NCBI RefSeq assembly: GCF_963525165.1
Contig: NZ_CAURJN010000005.1
Location: forward strand, 1 to 64,000
Reading direction: 5' to 3'
DNA from: an uncultured Gemella sp.
GTDB lineage: Bacteria; Bacillota; Bacilli; Staphylococcales; Gemellaceae
DNA: 64,000 nt
A program made the translations under genes and the position numbers. The notes beneath the pieces are model-generated. The model made no database searches. It was given only the letters and a program-made list of their open reading frames with translations, and was not told the DNA's origin. Shown piece by piece: positions 30,621 to 40,884 of this stretch; positions within the stretch are counted from its first letter, which is position 1, and each line of letters begins with the position of its first letter.

Positions 30621-31946
30621 ATGATAAAAAAAGAAGCAATTTTAAAAACAATAATGCTAGTTCAACAGTTAGACCCTGCTTATTGGGATTTATGGGAAAA
30701 TAAAGACTCAATAACAACAGCAAATAATGGTGATTTAAGACCACTTTTAGATGAAATCATTTCAAAATTAAAAAGTAATGATATTATACCATCTGAAGTA
30801 TATTCCATACTTCATGATGAAGACTTATACGAAGATAACAGTACACTTAAACCAAAACATATACATATACTATTTAAATTTGAAAAAGGTGCAACGCTTA
30901 ACAATATAGCATTAGCTATTGGTATAAATCCACAATATTTAGAAAAGCTTAAATCTGGAAGGTATGGTTACGATAATTGCTTGGCATACTTGATTCACGC
31001 TAAAGATGAAAATAAACATCAATATAAACCAGAAGAAGTATTAACTATTCTTGGTGAAAACTATATGGATATATACAAAAAAAGAATTAATACTTGGTTT
31101 AAAGGAAGAGCAACGAAAACAGCTAAAGAAACAAATTTGAGTGTCGACTGGCTTATCTCTAAAATTGCAAATGGTGAGATAAATAAAGATAAAATATTGC
31201 TTACCAATGAATACTATACTATATATTTACATCATAAAAGAAAAGTTAATGAGGCGATAGACACATACAACGAAAAGAAAACTATAAAGACTATTAATGA
31301 CTTAGAAGATGGACAATTTAAAAAGACTATTATTTATATACAAGGTCATAGTGGTATTGGTAAAACTAGATTTGCAAAAGAGTTAATAAAAACAATTAAA
31401 CATCTTGCATTACACTATTCTGGAGAAATCTGGGAACACTGCATTACAGCATCAACTAACGCATTTGATGAGTTTAACTCACAAGAAATATTATTGCTTG
31501 ATGACATACGAGGTAGTAGTATGAATGTTTCAAATTGGCTTAAACTCTTAGACCCTTTCTCTATTTCACCCATTTCTGCACGCTACCACAATAAGCAGGG
31601 AATTTCTAAAGTTATCATCTTAACAGCGCCTCACGCTCCCGGTAAGTTCTTTTACGAAGCTGAAGATTCAGCGGGCGAAGATTCTGACCAATTTTATAGA
31701 AGAATAGATTTACAAATAGAGGTTACTGACAAATTCCTATTATCTACCCCATATAAACGAGTAATTCCAAAAGAAGAACGGAAAGGAATATGGTATAGAA
31801 AAAATACAGAGTATCTATATATTTTCTCAAATCCAAAATCATACAAGAAAGATGAGCTAAAAAAAATTATAATTAAAAAAATTATAAGAAATATGAATTG
31901 GATAGAAAAAGATTATCCTTCCGCCGACCAAAGCAAAAAAGGATAA
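30621..31946 (+). CDS. HUH Rep_2-family initiator/relaxase fused to an SF3 helicase domain
   Basis: ILHDED, KPKHIHILF (HUH), AYLIH..KHQY (Tyr motif), GHSGIGKT, LLLDD, ISARY, QFYRRI. Confidence 0.88.
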   Translation: MIKKEAILKTIMLVQQLDPAYWDLWENKDSITTANNGDLRPLLDEIISKLKSNDIIPSEVYSILHDEDLYEDNSTLKPKHIHILFKFEKGATLNNIALAIGINPQYLEKLKSGRYGYDNCLAYLIHAKDENKHQYKPEEVLTILGENYMDIYKKRINTWFKGRATKTAKETNLSVDWLISKIANGEINKDKILLTNEYYTIYLHHKRKVNEAIDTYNEKKTIKTINDLEDGQFKKTIIYIQGHSGIGKTRFAKELIKTIKHLALHYSGEIWEHCITASTNAFDEFNSQEILLLDDIRGSSMNVSNWLKLLDPFSISPISARYHNKQGISKVIILTAPHAPGKFFYEAEDSAGEDSDQFYRRIDLQIEVTDKFLLSTPYKRVIPKEERKGIWYRKNTEYLYIFSNPKSYKKDELKKIIIKKIIRNMNWIEKDYPSADQSKKG

Positions 31947-32027
31947 CCAAAAGATTAAATAGCAATATTACTATTTATTGTTATTATCTCAAATTTAAAA
32001 ATAAATATCAAGGAGATTATAATAAAC

Positions 32028-32258
32028 ATGTTAAATAATTGTACAATAAGTAAAACGGAATTAATGAAATTAGGTTATAAAGAACATACTTCAATATCAA
32101 TTATTAGACAAGCGAAGCAAATTATGGTAAAACAAGGGTATGCATTTTATAACAATAAAAGATTAGGACGTGTTCCTAAATCAGTAGTTGAAAATATATT
32201 AGGAATTTCTATTCAAGTAAATAATACTTCGGAGGGAAATTCTAATGGCACAAACTAA
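32028..32258 (+). CDS. Excisionase-like protein (DUF3173 type)
   Basis: LMKLGY..IIRQAK..MVKQGYAFYNNKRLGRVP; overlaps the integrase start. Confidence 0.8.
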   Translation: MLNNCTISKTELMKLGYKEHTSISIIRQAKQIMVKQGYAFYNNKRLGRVPKSVVENILGISIQVNNTSEGNSNGTN

Positions 32259-33480
32259 AACTAAATATACAGGAGTATACAAGGATGAAAAAGGTAACTT
32301 CTTCTATCAGACTGAGCTTGGAATTGATAAAATAACTGGGAAAAGAATCAGAAAAAAAGGAAGAAAAGATAAGAATGGAAAACTATTTTCGTCAGCAGTT
32401 GAAGCATACAAAGAACTTACTAGAATAAAAAATGAGTATCATGAGGCACAAGGCTACTCTAACTATAGAATGTCTTATAAACAATATATGGATTCTATCT
32501 ATATTCCCTATTATCAATCTACAGTTGATAAAAGCACTTTTAGTATAAAAAAGAAAATTCTAGAGGATATAAGAGATAGATTTTCTAATACTTTATTACG
32601 TTCTATATCATTAGAACAAGTTCAAAATTATAGAATTTGGCTTTTAACTTCAGAGGAATCGGGTGGTCCTGGATATTCTCAAAGTTACGCAAGCCTAATA
32701 TTCGGAGCTTTTAGAAAATCATTAGATTTTGCATTAACAATGGGATATGTAGAACAAAATATATCAAAGCGTGTAAAAGCAATACCTAAAGGAAAAGCTA
32801 CTGTTCCATACTGGACAAAATCAGAATTTGAAGCTGTAATATCTAAAATATATATAGAAAATACTTATGAGCATTTGAACTTTATTATGTTATGGATTTA
32901 TTTCATGACGGGTATTAGAGTTAATGAAGGCTGTGCCTTAAGGTGGAATGATGTAGATTTTAAAAATAAAAAGTTACGTATTCACAATATGCTAATAATA
33001 CAATCTAAAGAGGAGTGGACAATAAACCCCTACACAAAAACTAAAAATGGTAGACGAACTATAAGTCTAGACTCAGACACGATTTCAATTTTAAAAAAAT
33101 GGAAAAAAACTCAAAAAACTATTGGTTTAGGCAATGAAGATAATTTTATTTTCTCTTATGATGGTTTACCTATGATTAAATCTACCATATCAAGAATAAT
33201 TGCTAGATATTCTAAACTAGCTGGAGTCAAAAAAATTCAAGCTAAAGGATTAAGACATAGTCACGCTAGTTATCTCATAAATGAATTTAATATATCTATA
33301 TTGATATTATGTAAGAGACTTGGTCACTCATCACCAGAAATAACATTAAAACACTATTCGCATTTGTGGACTGGTGCAGATGAACATATCGCACTAGAAA
33401 TGGAAGGAAATATAGTATATAATAGACCTAAGAAAAGCCTTATAAATTTTAATGGTAATCAAGTATTAAAATCAATTTAA
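32245..33480 (+). CDS. int: Tyrosine integrase
   Basis: Arm-binding N domain, TGIRVNE..ALRW, TKTKNGRR, GLRHSHAS, RLGHS, HYSH. Confidence 0.95.
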   Translation: MAQTKTKYTGVYKDEKGNFFYQTELGIDKITGKRIRKKGRKDKNGKLFSSAVEAYKELTRIKNEYHEAQGYSNYRMSYKQYMDSIYIPYYQSTVDKSTFSIKKKILEDIRDRFSNTLLRSISLEQVQNYRIWLLTSEESGGPGYSQSYASLIFGAFRKSLDFALTMGYVEQNISKRVKAIPKGKATVPYWTKSEFEAVISKIYIENTYEHLNFIMLWIYFMTGIRVNEGCALRWNDVDFKNKKLRIHNMLIIQSKEEWTINPYTKTKNGRRTISLDSDTISILKKWKKTQKTIGLGNEDNFIFSYDGLPMIKSTISRIIARYSKLAGVKKIQAKGLRHSHASYLINEFNISILILCKRLGHSSPEITLKHYSHLWTGADEHIALEMEGNIVYNRPKKSLINFNGNQVLKSI

Positions 33481-33700
33481 GGCAACCCCACCAATTACCC
33501 CACCAAAACTAGCTTTTTTATCTTTAAAAGTTGATATACGGGGGCTCACGGGTAAGAATCTACTATTGAGTGGGAATAATGCGGTGTACATTTGAATTAT
33601 TAGGAGTATAACGACGACATAATTCTTAGGTACAGCGTATGCAACAAGAACTTTAATCTTAACGAACAAAGTAAGGAAATGATTATTAGTTCTAACTGAT

Positions 33701-33791
33701 ATTACAACTATAATTTGAATGAAAAATCCTAATTTAACTACGTTTTTAGTTGTTATAAATGTTGCAAATCTATTTAATTCAATTAGGTTCC
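33701..33791 (+). repeat. Copy of the element left-end sequence outside attR
   Basis: Matches 21123-21213 with 4 mismatches in 91 bp (by eye). Confidence 0.85.
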
Positions 33792-33900
33792 TCACTTGAA
33801 ATCCCTTTAATAAAAAATCAATAATCCTCCAAAATTCAGATAAATTTGAAGGCCTATTACCTTTTTTATGATAGGTAATATGTAAATAAAACTCTATAAA

Positions 33901-36219
33901 TTACTTATTCTTTCCAAATAATCTTTGGAAAAAGCCAATTTTCTCCTCTGTATCTTCAGGTTTTTCTTCTTCTACAATATTTTCTTTCTTATCATCTGAT
34001 TTTAGTGGAACATTTATCCATTCGTGGAAAGAATCTTGGAAAATTTCAACAAATAGATCTGCATTTGTTTTACTTGAACTCAAAACCTTATTCTCTAATG
34101 CTTCCGAATAAACTTTTGATGGTTTAGTATTATCCACTCCATACCTAGAACTTTGGAAATTATGATCAAGTTCGCTCATCTTAATCATGTAAATATTTCT
34201 CTCCTCTTGCTCCCCTTTAACTTCTTTAAACAATTCTGGAGAACCTATATACAGTTTTCGCCACATCAACATATTATTTTTCGTAGCATCATCTACACGC
34301 GAAAGTAGGAAAAAGTCAGGCAATTCAATTCCTGCGATTTCAAAATATTCTTTAAATATTTCACGAGTATAGTATAAGAAATCTAATTTATTTCCACTAT
34401 AATGTTTCCAATTCAAATCATCTTGCATAAGTTTTTTAGAAAATCTCAAAACAAAATCTCTAAACAATCCTGAATTAATTTTCTCGTAAACTTCTATATA
34501 TCTATCTGTCGTTTCTGCTCATCTTTGCGAATCAAATTTACGATCATTTAATAAATAATATATTCTTCTACTAAGGGCCTCTGATTTAGAACCAATTGCT
34601 TCTGCATTAGTCGTACAAATAAATGCAGGAGTTAAATGTATTTGATTTTCCGCTTGATTAGAAATATCTTTAATCAAATCTTCACCTTTTCCATTAAAGA
34701 AATCACTTGGCAACTCATCAACAAGTAAAGGTGCGACATTATCCTCATTAAGCATCCAATAACGGATTTGTTGGCGCGTTGCAGAATCCTTTCTCGTATC
34801 ATTGTCAACCAACTCATTGTACGTTGGTATTTTATTATCCGTTGTCAGCCCTAACATCTTATTTAATATATTAAGTAAATTAGACTTACCAGAGCCCCCT
34901 GTTCCACCGACAATAGCAAATAAAGGTATATCCAAAGCTTCATTTCCTAATGTAAATTTTTCTCTAATCTCACCTATAAATGGTGAGGTAAATGTATATA
35001 ATATTGTCTCCATTACACGTTTCCCATATTCAGGAGTATAATTAGGGACAAAATCTTCGTAATTTTTTAATAATTTACAAATAATCCCAATATTTTCCTT
35101 AATTTCTGCATCAGTTAACCTCTCACTTATTGGATAATAAGAAAAACGTTCTTCTAAAGCTTTCGTCTCTGGATTTATCGTACTCTCTATTTTTATCCCC
35201 TGTGATAATCCACTATTGTTCTCTGTTCTAAGTGCAGGTTTATTTATAATAAGCTCCCTTGGGGCAGTTTCCGATTTTACTTTTTTAGCCTGAATTTGAA
35301 GTTGTAAATATTTTTTAATATTCGTACGCATCTTAGCCTTATCTAAAAGTTTCGTATCACTATTAGCAGTATTTCCGGTTCTTCTATTAACCACACTATT
35401 AGTGATTCTCAAAGCAAATTCTAGCTCATTAGCTTTTTGTTGAAATTCCTCTGCACGGATTTGTTCGAATTCTTTTTCCTCTTTCAAATCTTCTATTAAC
35501 TCTTGTTTTATCTCACCAATCGTAACTTTTTTCTGAACTTCATCATAAAAATCACTAATAGTATTCACTTTCAACTCAGAAGTTTCCTCTGGTGTGAAAT
35601 TAATATTTAAATCAGGATTTTTGTCTTTTTTCTTAGTTATTTTATCTAAAACAGACTTCGTGAATAAGTTTTGAGTAGCAGGAATTATTGTATTCTCATA
35701 ATATTCATTATATATTTCAAAAATAGCATCATTATCTCTAATTTCTACTATTTCCAATTGATTAGTACTGTTTGAAAATGCTTGTGTAGATAAATTTGCA
35801 GAACCTATAATAACCCTTGTTTCTTTTGTCTGAGTATTTTCTAATAGATACACCTTACTATGAATGGTTTTGTCTATTGGTATTCTTATATTAAACTTAT
35901 TTTTAGTAACTTTTTCTTGAAGTTCTGAATTTAATTCTTCTATAAGTCTCATAGGCGTGCCATCATTTAATATTTTTGTACTATTTATCAATTGATGAAT
36001 AGCTTGCTTCCTTGAACCTAATGCTCTTTCTTGAACTTCACTATCTTGAATACCTACTGTTATTGTTGTCTCTTCAAAGTTTTCCAAGTACTTATTGTAA
36101 AAGTTCGAATCAATTGAAAAAGTTACAGCTTTTAACACATTGTATTTACTAGAATCAAATATTTCACTTATCTCTAAGCTTTTCTTCTCACTATTTAATA
36201 CAGTTAATAACGTCGTCAT
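33901..36219 (-). pseudogene. PLD-family nuclease + P-loop ATPase fusion (772 codons) interrupted by in-frame TGA at 34519-34521
   Basis: HSKVYLLE...GSANLS; GGTGGSGKS; LLVDE; SRRIYY. The two track ORFs are in the same frame: FDSQR*AETTDRYIEVYEKINSGLFRDF. Confidence 0.75.
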
Positions 36220-36268
36220 CCCTTTACCATATTTCTTTTTAATATTCTATCACTCTATATTTTCTTTT

Positions 36269-36976
36269 CTACGCAGTCTTCACTTCAGCAACGTAGTATT
36301 TAGATTTACTGTGCCCACCTGTATAATTTTTTTTATTTAATTTCAATGTTATTGTTGAAATTTTTGTTTTTGTCATAGCATCTAGTACATCAATTTTAAT
36401 GCTATCTCCTTCTGTTTTCCAGTTTTCTTTTTTATCTAATTCTTGTGGATAATTATGCCCTCTTACTACAGACACAAATACAAGTGTATTGTCTTCTTTG
36501 TAGTAGTATATCTCACTATCTTTAGGAAATGCATTCGCTCCTAAAGATTTTCCAGCAAGCTCGCTGAAAGCAGGACTTTGTAATAGCTCTAACGCTTCTT
36601 CTTTAGAATATGTTTTATCTGAAAATTCATTAACTACATCTACAAAATCCTGTACTGAAACTTTTGCTAATGGCACTCCTTCTGGAGAATTGAATTTTGT
36701 AGATCTATCTTGAGTAATCCACGCCAATAGGTTTGTTTGTTCATTTAATCTTGATAAATCATTTCCTGAAATAGCAACTAAGTGAGCTAATTTTTCTGCA
36801 GCAGCTAAATCATGTTTAACTTCTGTTTTTTCTTTTGAAGTTGTTTCTTTATTCTCTGTCTTACTTTCTTTTTGCTCTGTATTTTTCTTATCCGAAGTTT
36901 TTAAACTATCTTTTCCTGCACAACCTGTTATAACTAGTGCTCCTGCTGCAAGTAACATTAATAACTTTTTATTCAT
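36269..36976 (-). CDS. Lipoprotein of unknown function
   Basis: Lipobox ITGC, charged linker. Confidence 0.8.
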   Translation of the reverse strand: MNKKLLMLLAAGALVITGCAGKDSLKTSDKKNTEQKESKTENKETTSKEKTEVKHDLAAAEKLAHLVAISGNDLSRLNEQTNLLAWITQDRSTKFNSPEGVPLAKVSVQDFVDVVNEFSDKTYSKEEALELLQSPAFSELAGKSLGANAFPKDSEIYYYKEDNTLVFVSVVRGHNYPQELDKKENWKTEGDSIKIDVLDAMTKTKISTITLKLNKKNYTGGHSKSKYYVAEVKTA

Positions 36977-37075
36977 ATATCTATCTCCTTTTATTTGCTT
37001 ACTTATATTATATCATAATTTGATAACAAAAAAGTAGTCCCTGAAACTTATAAATTTCAAAGACTACCATATTTA

Positions 37076-37996
37076 TTATCTTAAACCTTTATCGTATGGA
37101 ATACCAAGTGCTTCTGGAGTAGCAGTTTTCTTAGAAAATACGATAAGTGCAATTATTGTAGCTACGAATGGGAACATGTTCCAGAATGATACCGGAATTG
37201 GTAGGTCTGGTGCTAAGATAGAAACTTTCTCAGCAAATACTTTAGTTCCTCCGAAGAATAACGAAGCTAATGTAATTGTAATTGGGTTATACTTACCGAA
37301 GATTAATGCTGCTAATGCTAAGTATCCGAATCCGTATACTGTGATTGCTGCGTTAAATCCTTGAGAGAATGTAGTAGCAATAATAGCTCCAGCTAATCCT
37401 GCTAAACATCCTGAAATAAATACCCCAATGTAACGATATTTAAATACGTTTAATCCTAGTGAATCACTGGCTTGTGGGTTTTCCCCTACAGAACGTAAAC
37501 GTAATCCGAACGGACGTTTATAAATTACATAATATGTTACAATTACTAAGATTACAGCTATAAATACTGTTGGATAAATAGTAAATTTACCAAATACTGT
37601 ATATCTTGGGAAACCACTTGCTAATAATAATTCATATGTACCATTAAAGTGGTTAACTAAGAATAATGCTATAGCTGGTGTAATTAAGTTAATCGCCGTA
37701 CCTGAGATAACTTGATCAGCTTTTAAATTAATACTGATATATGCGTGGATTAATGACATTAACCCACCTGCAAGTGTTGCAACAACTAAACAAATTACTA
37801 ATTGGAATAATGTTGGAGATCCATCGAACACTGATAATGCTAATAGTGAGGCGATGAATGATCCAAAGATTACGAAACCGTCAAGGGCAATGTTAACAAC
37901 CCCACTTTTTTCTGAATAGAAACCACCGATGGCAGCTATAAGAATTGGTGCAGTATATTGTAACATTGAGTCTAATAGTGATAATACTGTATCCAT
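37076..37996 (-). CDS. Nucleoside ABC transporter permease (NupC type)
   Basis: SEKSGVVNIALDG, FGLRLRSVGENP, PEALGIPY. Confidence 0.88.
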   Translation of the reverse strand: MDTVLSLLDSMLQYTAPILIAAIGGFYSEKSGVVNIALDGFVIFGSFIASLLALSVFDGSPTLFQLVICLVVATLAGGLMSLIHAYISINLKADQVISGTAINLITPAIALFLVNHFNGTYELLLASGFPRYTVFGKFTIYPTVFIAVILVIVTYYVIYKRPFGLRLRSVGENPQASDSLGLNVFKYRYIGVFISGCLAGLAGAIIATTFSQGFNAAITVYGFGYLALAALIFGKYNPITITLASLFFGGTKVFAEKVSILAPDLPIPVSFWNMFPFVATIIALIVFSKKTATPEALGIPYDKGLR

Positions 37997-39061
37997 CTAT
38001 TTGTCTCCTTTCTGTTTCTTACTACTAAATAATTTATCAAGCAACTTGTTATCAAAGATAGCTTTAGCTGCAACGAATAATACGATTAATCCGATTAAAA
38101 TATTCGCGATATCTTTTGGAATACCGATGAATGATAATTGTGGAGTTAATACTCCTAGGAATCCGAATAATAATGCTCCTAATAATGATCCTAAAGCAGT
38201 ATTAGCACCGATTAAAGCAACCGCGATTCCCATGTATCCAAATCCTTGGAATGTTGAACCTGCAACTACTTGCCCTACAGGTCCCATGTTGTAAAGAGCA
38301 CCACCTAGACCGGCGAAAGCTCCTGAAATAGCCATAGATAACACAGTGTTTCTGTTAACTTTCATACCTACGAATTTTGATGCATTCGGGTTAAAACCTA
38401 CAGAACGTAATTCATATCCGAACACTGTTTTTTCCATAACAATATAGAAAATGATAACACTAAAGATAGCTAAGAATAAATCTGTTCCTAAACGATAGTT
38501 GTTGAAAATACCTTCAACTAAACTATTTTGTAAATACCCAGTTCCATCTGCTGAAACAATTGGTTTAGAAATAATATCATTAGTTCCTTTAATATATTTA
38601 GGCACTGCAAATTGTACAAAATATAAAGCTGTGTAGTTTAACATAATTGTTACAACTACTTCACTGATATTGAATCTAGCTTTCAAGTAACCTGCAATAG
38701 CTGCCCAAAGACCACCTACTACAATCCCAACTAAAATACTAGTAATTAATACTAAATAGAAGTTCATACCTTCCATTTTAATCGCAACAAGTCCAGCGAA
38801 AAGTCCACCCATAATGAATTGACCTTCTGCACCGATGTTGAATAAACCTGTTCTAAATGCAAACGCGACAGATAATCCAGTACAAATTAATGGAATTGTT
38901 GATACAAAAATTTCAGCTATACTGTTTGAGTCTGAGAAAATATCTCCAATTACTCCAAACACATCTCCTGGTGCTGCCCCTATCGCTGAAATAAGAATCG
39001 CCCCAATAATAAATGAAGCTAATATTGGTAGCACCGCATTAGTTAAAACTTTTTTTAACAT
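37997..39061 (-). CDS. Nucleoside ABC transporter permease (NupB type)
   Basis: GLFNIGAEGQ, SEVVVTIMLNY, GYELRSVGFNP. Confidence 0.88.
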   Translation of the reverse strand: MLKKVLTNAVLPILASFIIGAILISAIGAAPGDVFGVIGDIFSDSNSIAEIFVSTIPLICTGLSVAFAFRTGLFNIGAEGQFIMGGLFAGLVAIKMEGMNFYLVLITSILVGIVVGGLWAAIAGYLKARFNISEVVVTIMLNYTALYFVQFAVPKYIKGTNDIISKPIVSADGTGYLQNSLVEGIFNNYRLGTDLFLAIFSVIIFYIVMEKTVFGYELRSVGFNPNASKFVGMKVNRNTVLSMAISGAFAGLGGALYNMGPVGQVVAGSTFQGFGYMGIAVALIGANTALGSLLGALLFGFLGVLTPQLSFIGIPKDIANILIGLIVLFVAAKAIFDNKLLDKLFSSKKQKGDK

Positions 39062-39073
39062 ACGTTCTCCTCT

Positions 39074-40585
39074 CTACTTCTTAACCCCTGCCATAAGCAG
39101 ACCAAGTTGTTCTTTTGTTACATTTTCATCATTATCCACGACATCAATGATGTTACCATTGTGAATAACTGCAATTCTATCAGATAATGTTAAGATTTCA
39201 TCTAAGTCAAATGAAATTAATAATACACCGTTACCTTTATCACGATAGTCGATTAACATTTTATGAATACCATTAATAGCCCCAACGTCAAGTCCACGAG
39301 TAGGTTGTGTTGTAACTAATAATTTCGGATTTAATTCTAAAGCACGTCCGATAATAAGTTTTTGTTGGTTACCCCCACTCATACTACGTGCAGAAATTTT
39401 CTCATCTCCAGCTTTACGAACATCATATTTTTCACAAATTTCTTTCGCAAATTTTGAGATAACATTTTTCTTCAAGAATCCACGATTTGAGAATTTTTCT
39501 GTGTAATAGTTTTCTAAAACTGAGTTTTCTTCAACACTGAAGTCTAGTACAAGACCATCTTTGTGTCTATCTTCTGCAATAATCTCAAGTCCAAGCTCTT
39601 TACGTTTTGCAGTAGATAATGAATTGATTTCTTTTCCGTCGAAAATAATTTTCCCTTTTGTTTCTTTAAGTAAAGCATTTAGTACTTCTACAAATTGTTG
39701 TTGACCATTTCCATCAACCCCTGCGATACCTAGAATTTCACGTTCACGTACATTTAAGTTGAAATCGTGAAGGATGTCTTTTTTCTCAGCAGTATCTGCA
39801 TATACCCCTGAAACTTCAAGAATATTTTTCTTACCTTCTCTAGAGCGCTCATATTTAATAATTTCTAAATCTTTACCAATCATTAAACTAGCTAATTGTT
39901 CTTTAGTTGTTTCTGCTATTTCTACAGTTCCAAAGTACTCACCACGGCGAATAATACTACAACGATTAGCAACAGCCATAATTTCGTTAAGTTTGTGAGT
40001 GATTAATAAGATAGTTTTCCCTTCTGCTTGAAGATTTTTAAGAATAGCTAAGAATTCTTTAATCTCAGCAGGAGTTAACACTGCCGTAGGTTCGTCAAAA
40101 ATTAAGATGTTTGCATCTCTATATAACATTTTTAGGATTTCTACCCTTTGTTGCATCCCTACACTAATATCCCCAACTAATGCTCTAGGATCAACTTCTA
40201 AACCATACTTTTTAGATAAATCACTGATTTTTTCAGCCGCGCTATCTAAATCAATTTTCCCACCTTTTACTTCTTCCATCCCTAAAATAATGTTTTCAGC
40301 AACAGTAAAGTTTTTAATAAGTTTAAAGTGTTGGTGAACCATACCTATCCCTAGTTTGTTAGCATGCTTAGGATCTTTAATATCAACTTCCGTACCATTC
40401 AATTTAATAACACCGGCTTCTTGATGGTACATACCAAAAAGAACCGACATCAACGTAGATTTTCCAGCACCATTTTCACCAAGTAAGGCATGAATTTCAT
40501 TGTTCTTTACTTGAATAGTGATATCTTTATTTGCGTAGAAGTCGCCAAACTTTTTAGTTATGTTTAGCATTTCTATAGCGTACAT
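39074..40585 (-). CDS. Nucleoside ABC transporter ATPase, two-domain (NupA type)
   Basis: GENGAGKS, MVHQHF, DEPTAVLTP, SGGNQQK, QPTRGLD. Confidence 0.9.
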   Translation of the reverse strand: MYAIEMLNITKKFGDFYANKDITIQVKNNEIHALLGENGAGKSTLMSVLFGMYHQEAGVIKLNGTEVDIKDPKHANKLGIGMVHQHFKLIKNFTVAENIILGMEEVKGGKIDLDSAAEKISDLSKKYGLEVDPRALVGDISVGMQQRVEILKMLYRDANILIFDEPTAVLTPAEIKEFLAILKNLQAEGKTILLITHKLNEIMAVANRCSIIRRGEYFGTVEIAETTKEQLASLMIGKDLEIIKYERSREGKKNILEVSGVYADTAEKKDILHDFNLNVREREILGIAGVDGNGQQQFVEVLNALLKETKGKIIFDGKEINSLSTAKRKELGLEIIAEDRHKDGLVLDFSVEENSVLENYYTEKFSNRGFLKKNVISKFAKEICEKYDVRKAGDEKISARSMSGGNQQKLIIGRALELNPKLLVTTQPTRGLDVGAINGIHKMLIDYRDKGNGVLLISFDLDEILTLSDRIAVIHNGNIIDVVDNDENVTKEQLGLLMAGVKK

Positions 40586-40884
40586 ATCTTTACCTCTCTT
40601 TTATATATTCTTACATACTATATATTATAATATATTTCGACAAACTAGTATAGCTTTTTAAGGTATTTTTTTATTTATATTTAATATTAATTTTCTGCAT
40701 GGTAAATTAATTAAAATCTATACTGTATTCGTTTTAATATTTTATAATAAAATACGGTTTTTCTAACTTAAATTATCCTCAATTCAATATAAATTTTTTA
40801 ATACTATTTAAGAAATATAAAAATAATTCCTTACAAAAAAAGACCTAGCATTTGCTAGGCCTTTTTACTATAAACTTTTTAAAA

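Larger units (their letters stand above)
21108..33578. mobile_element. Integrative mobilizable element (~12.5 kb) inserted in the guaA 3' end
   Basis: 14-bp direct repeat ATTGAGTGGGAATA at 21108-21121 and 33565-33578; integrase, excisionase, Rep_2/helicase and FtsK/TcpA present; no T4SS genes. Confidence 0.9.

Noticed and set aside
21108..33578. Prophage or self-transmissible ICE
   Set aside because: No capsid, terminase, tail, VirB4 or other mating-pore genes.
33472..33795. 107-aa ORF across attR
   Set aside because: Spans the att core, arm repeats and the duplicated non-coding arm; no SD.
33901..34467. Separate 188-aa gene
   Set aside because: In frame with the upstream PLD-ATPase and lacks a clear SD; it is the C-terminus beyond an internal TGA.
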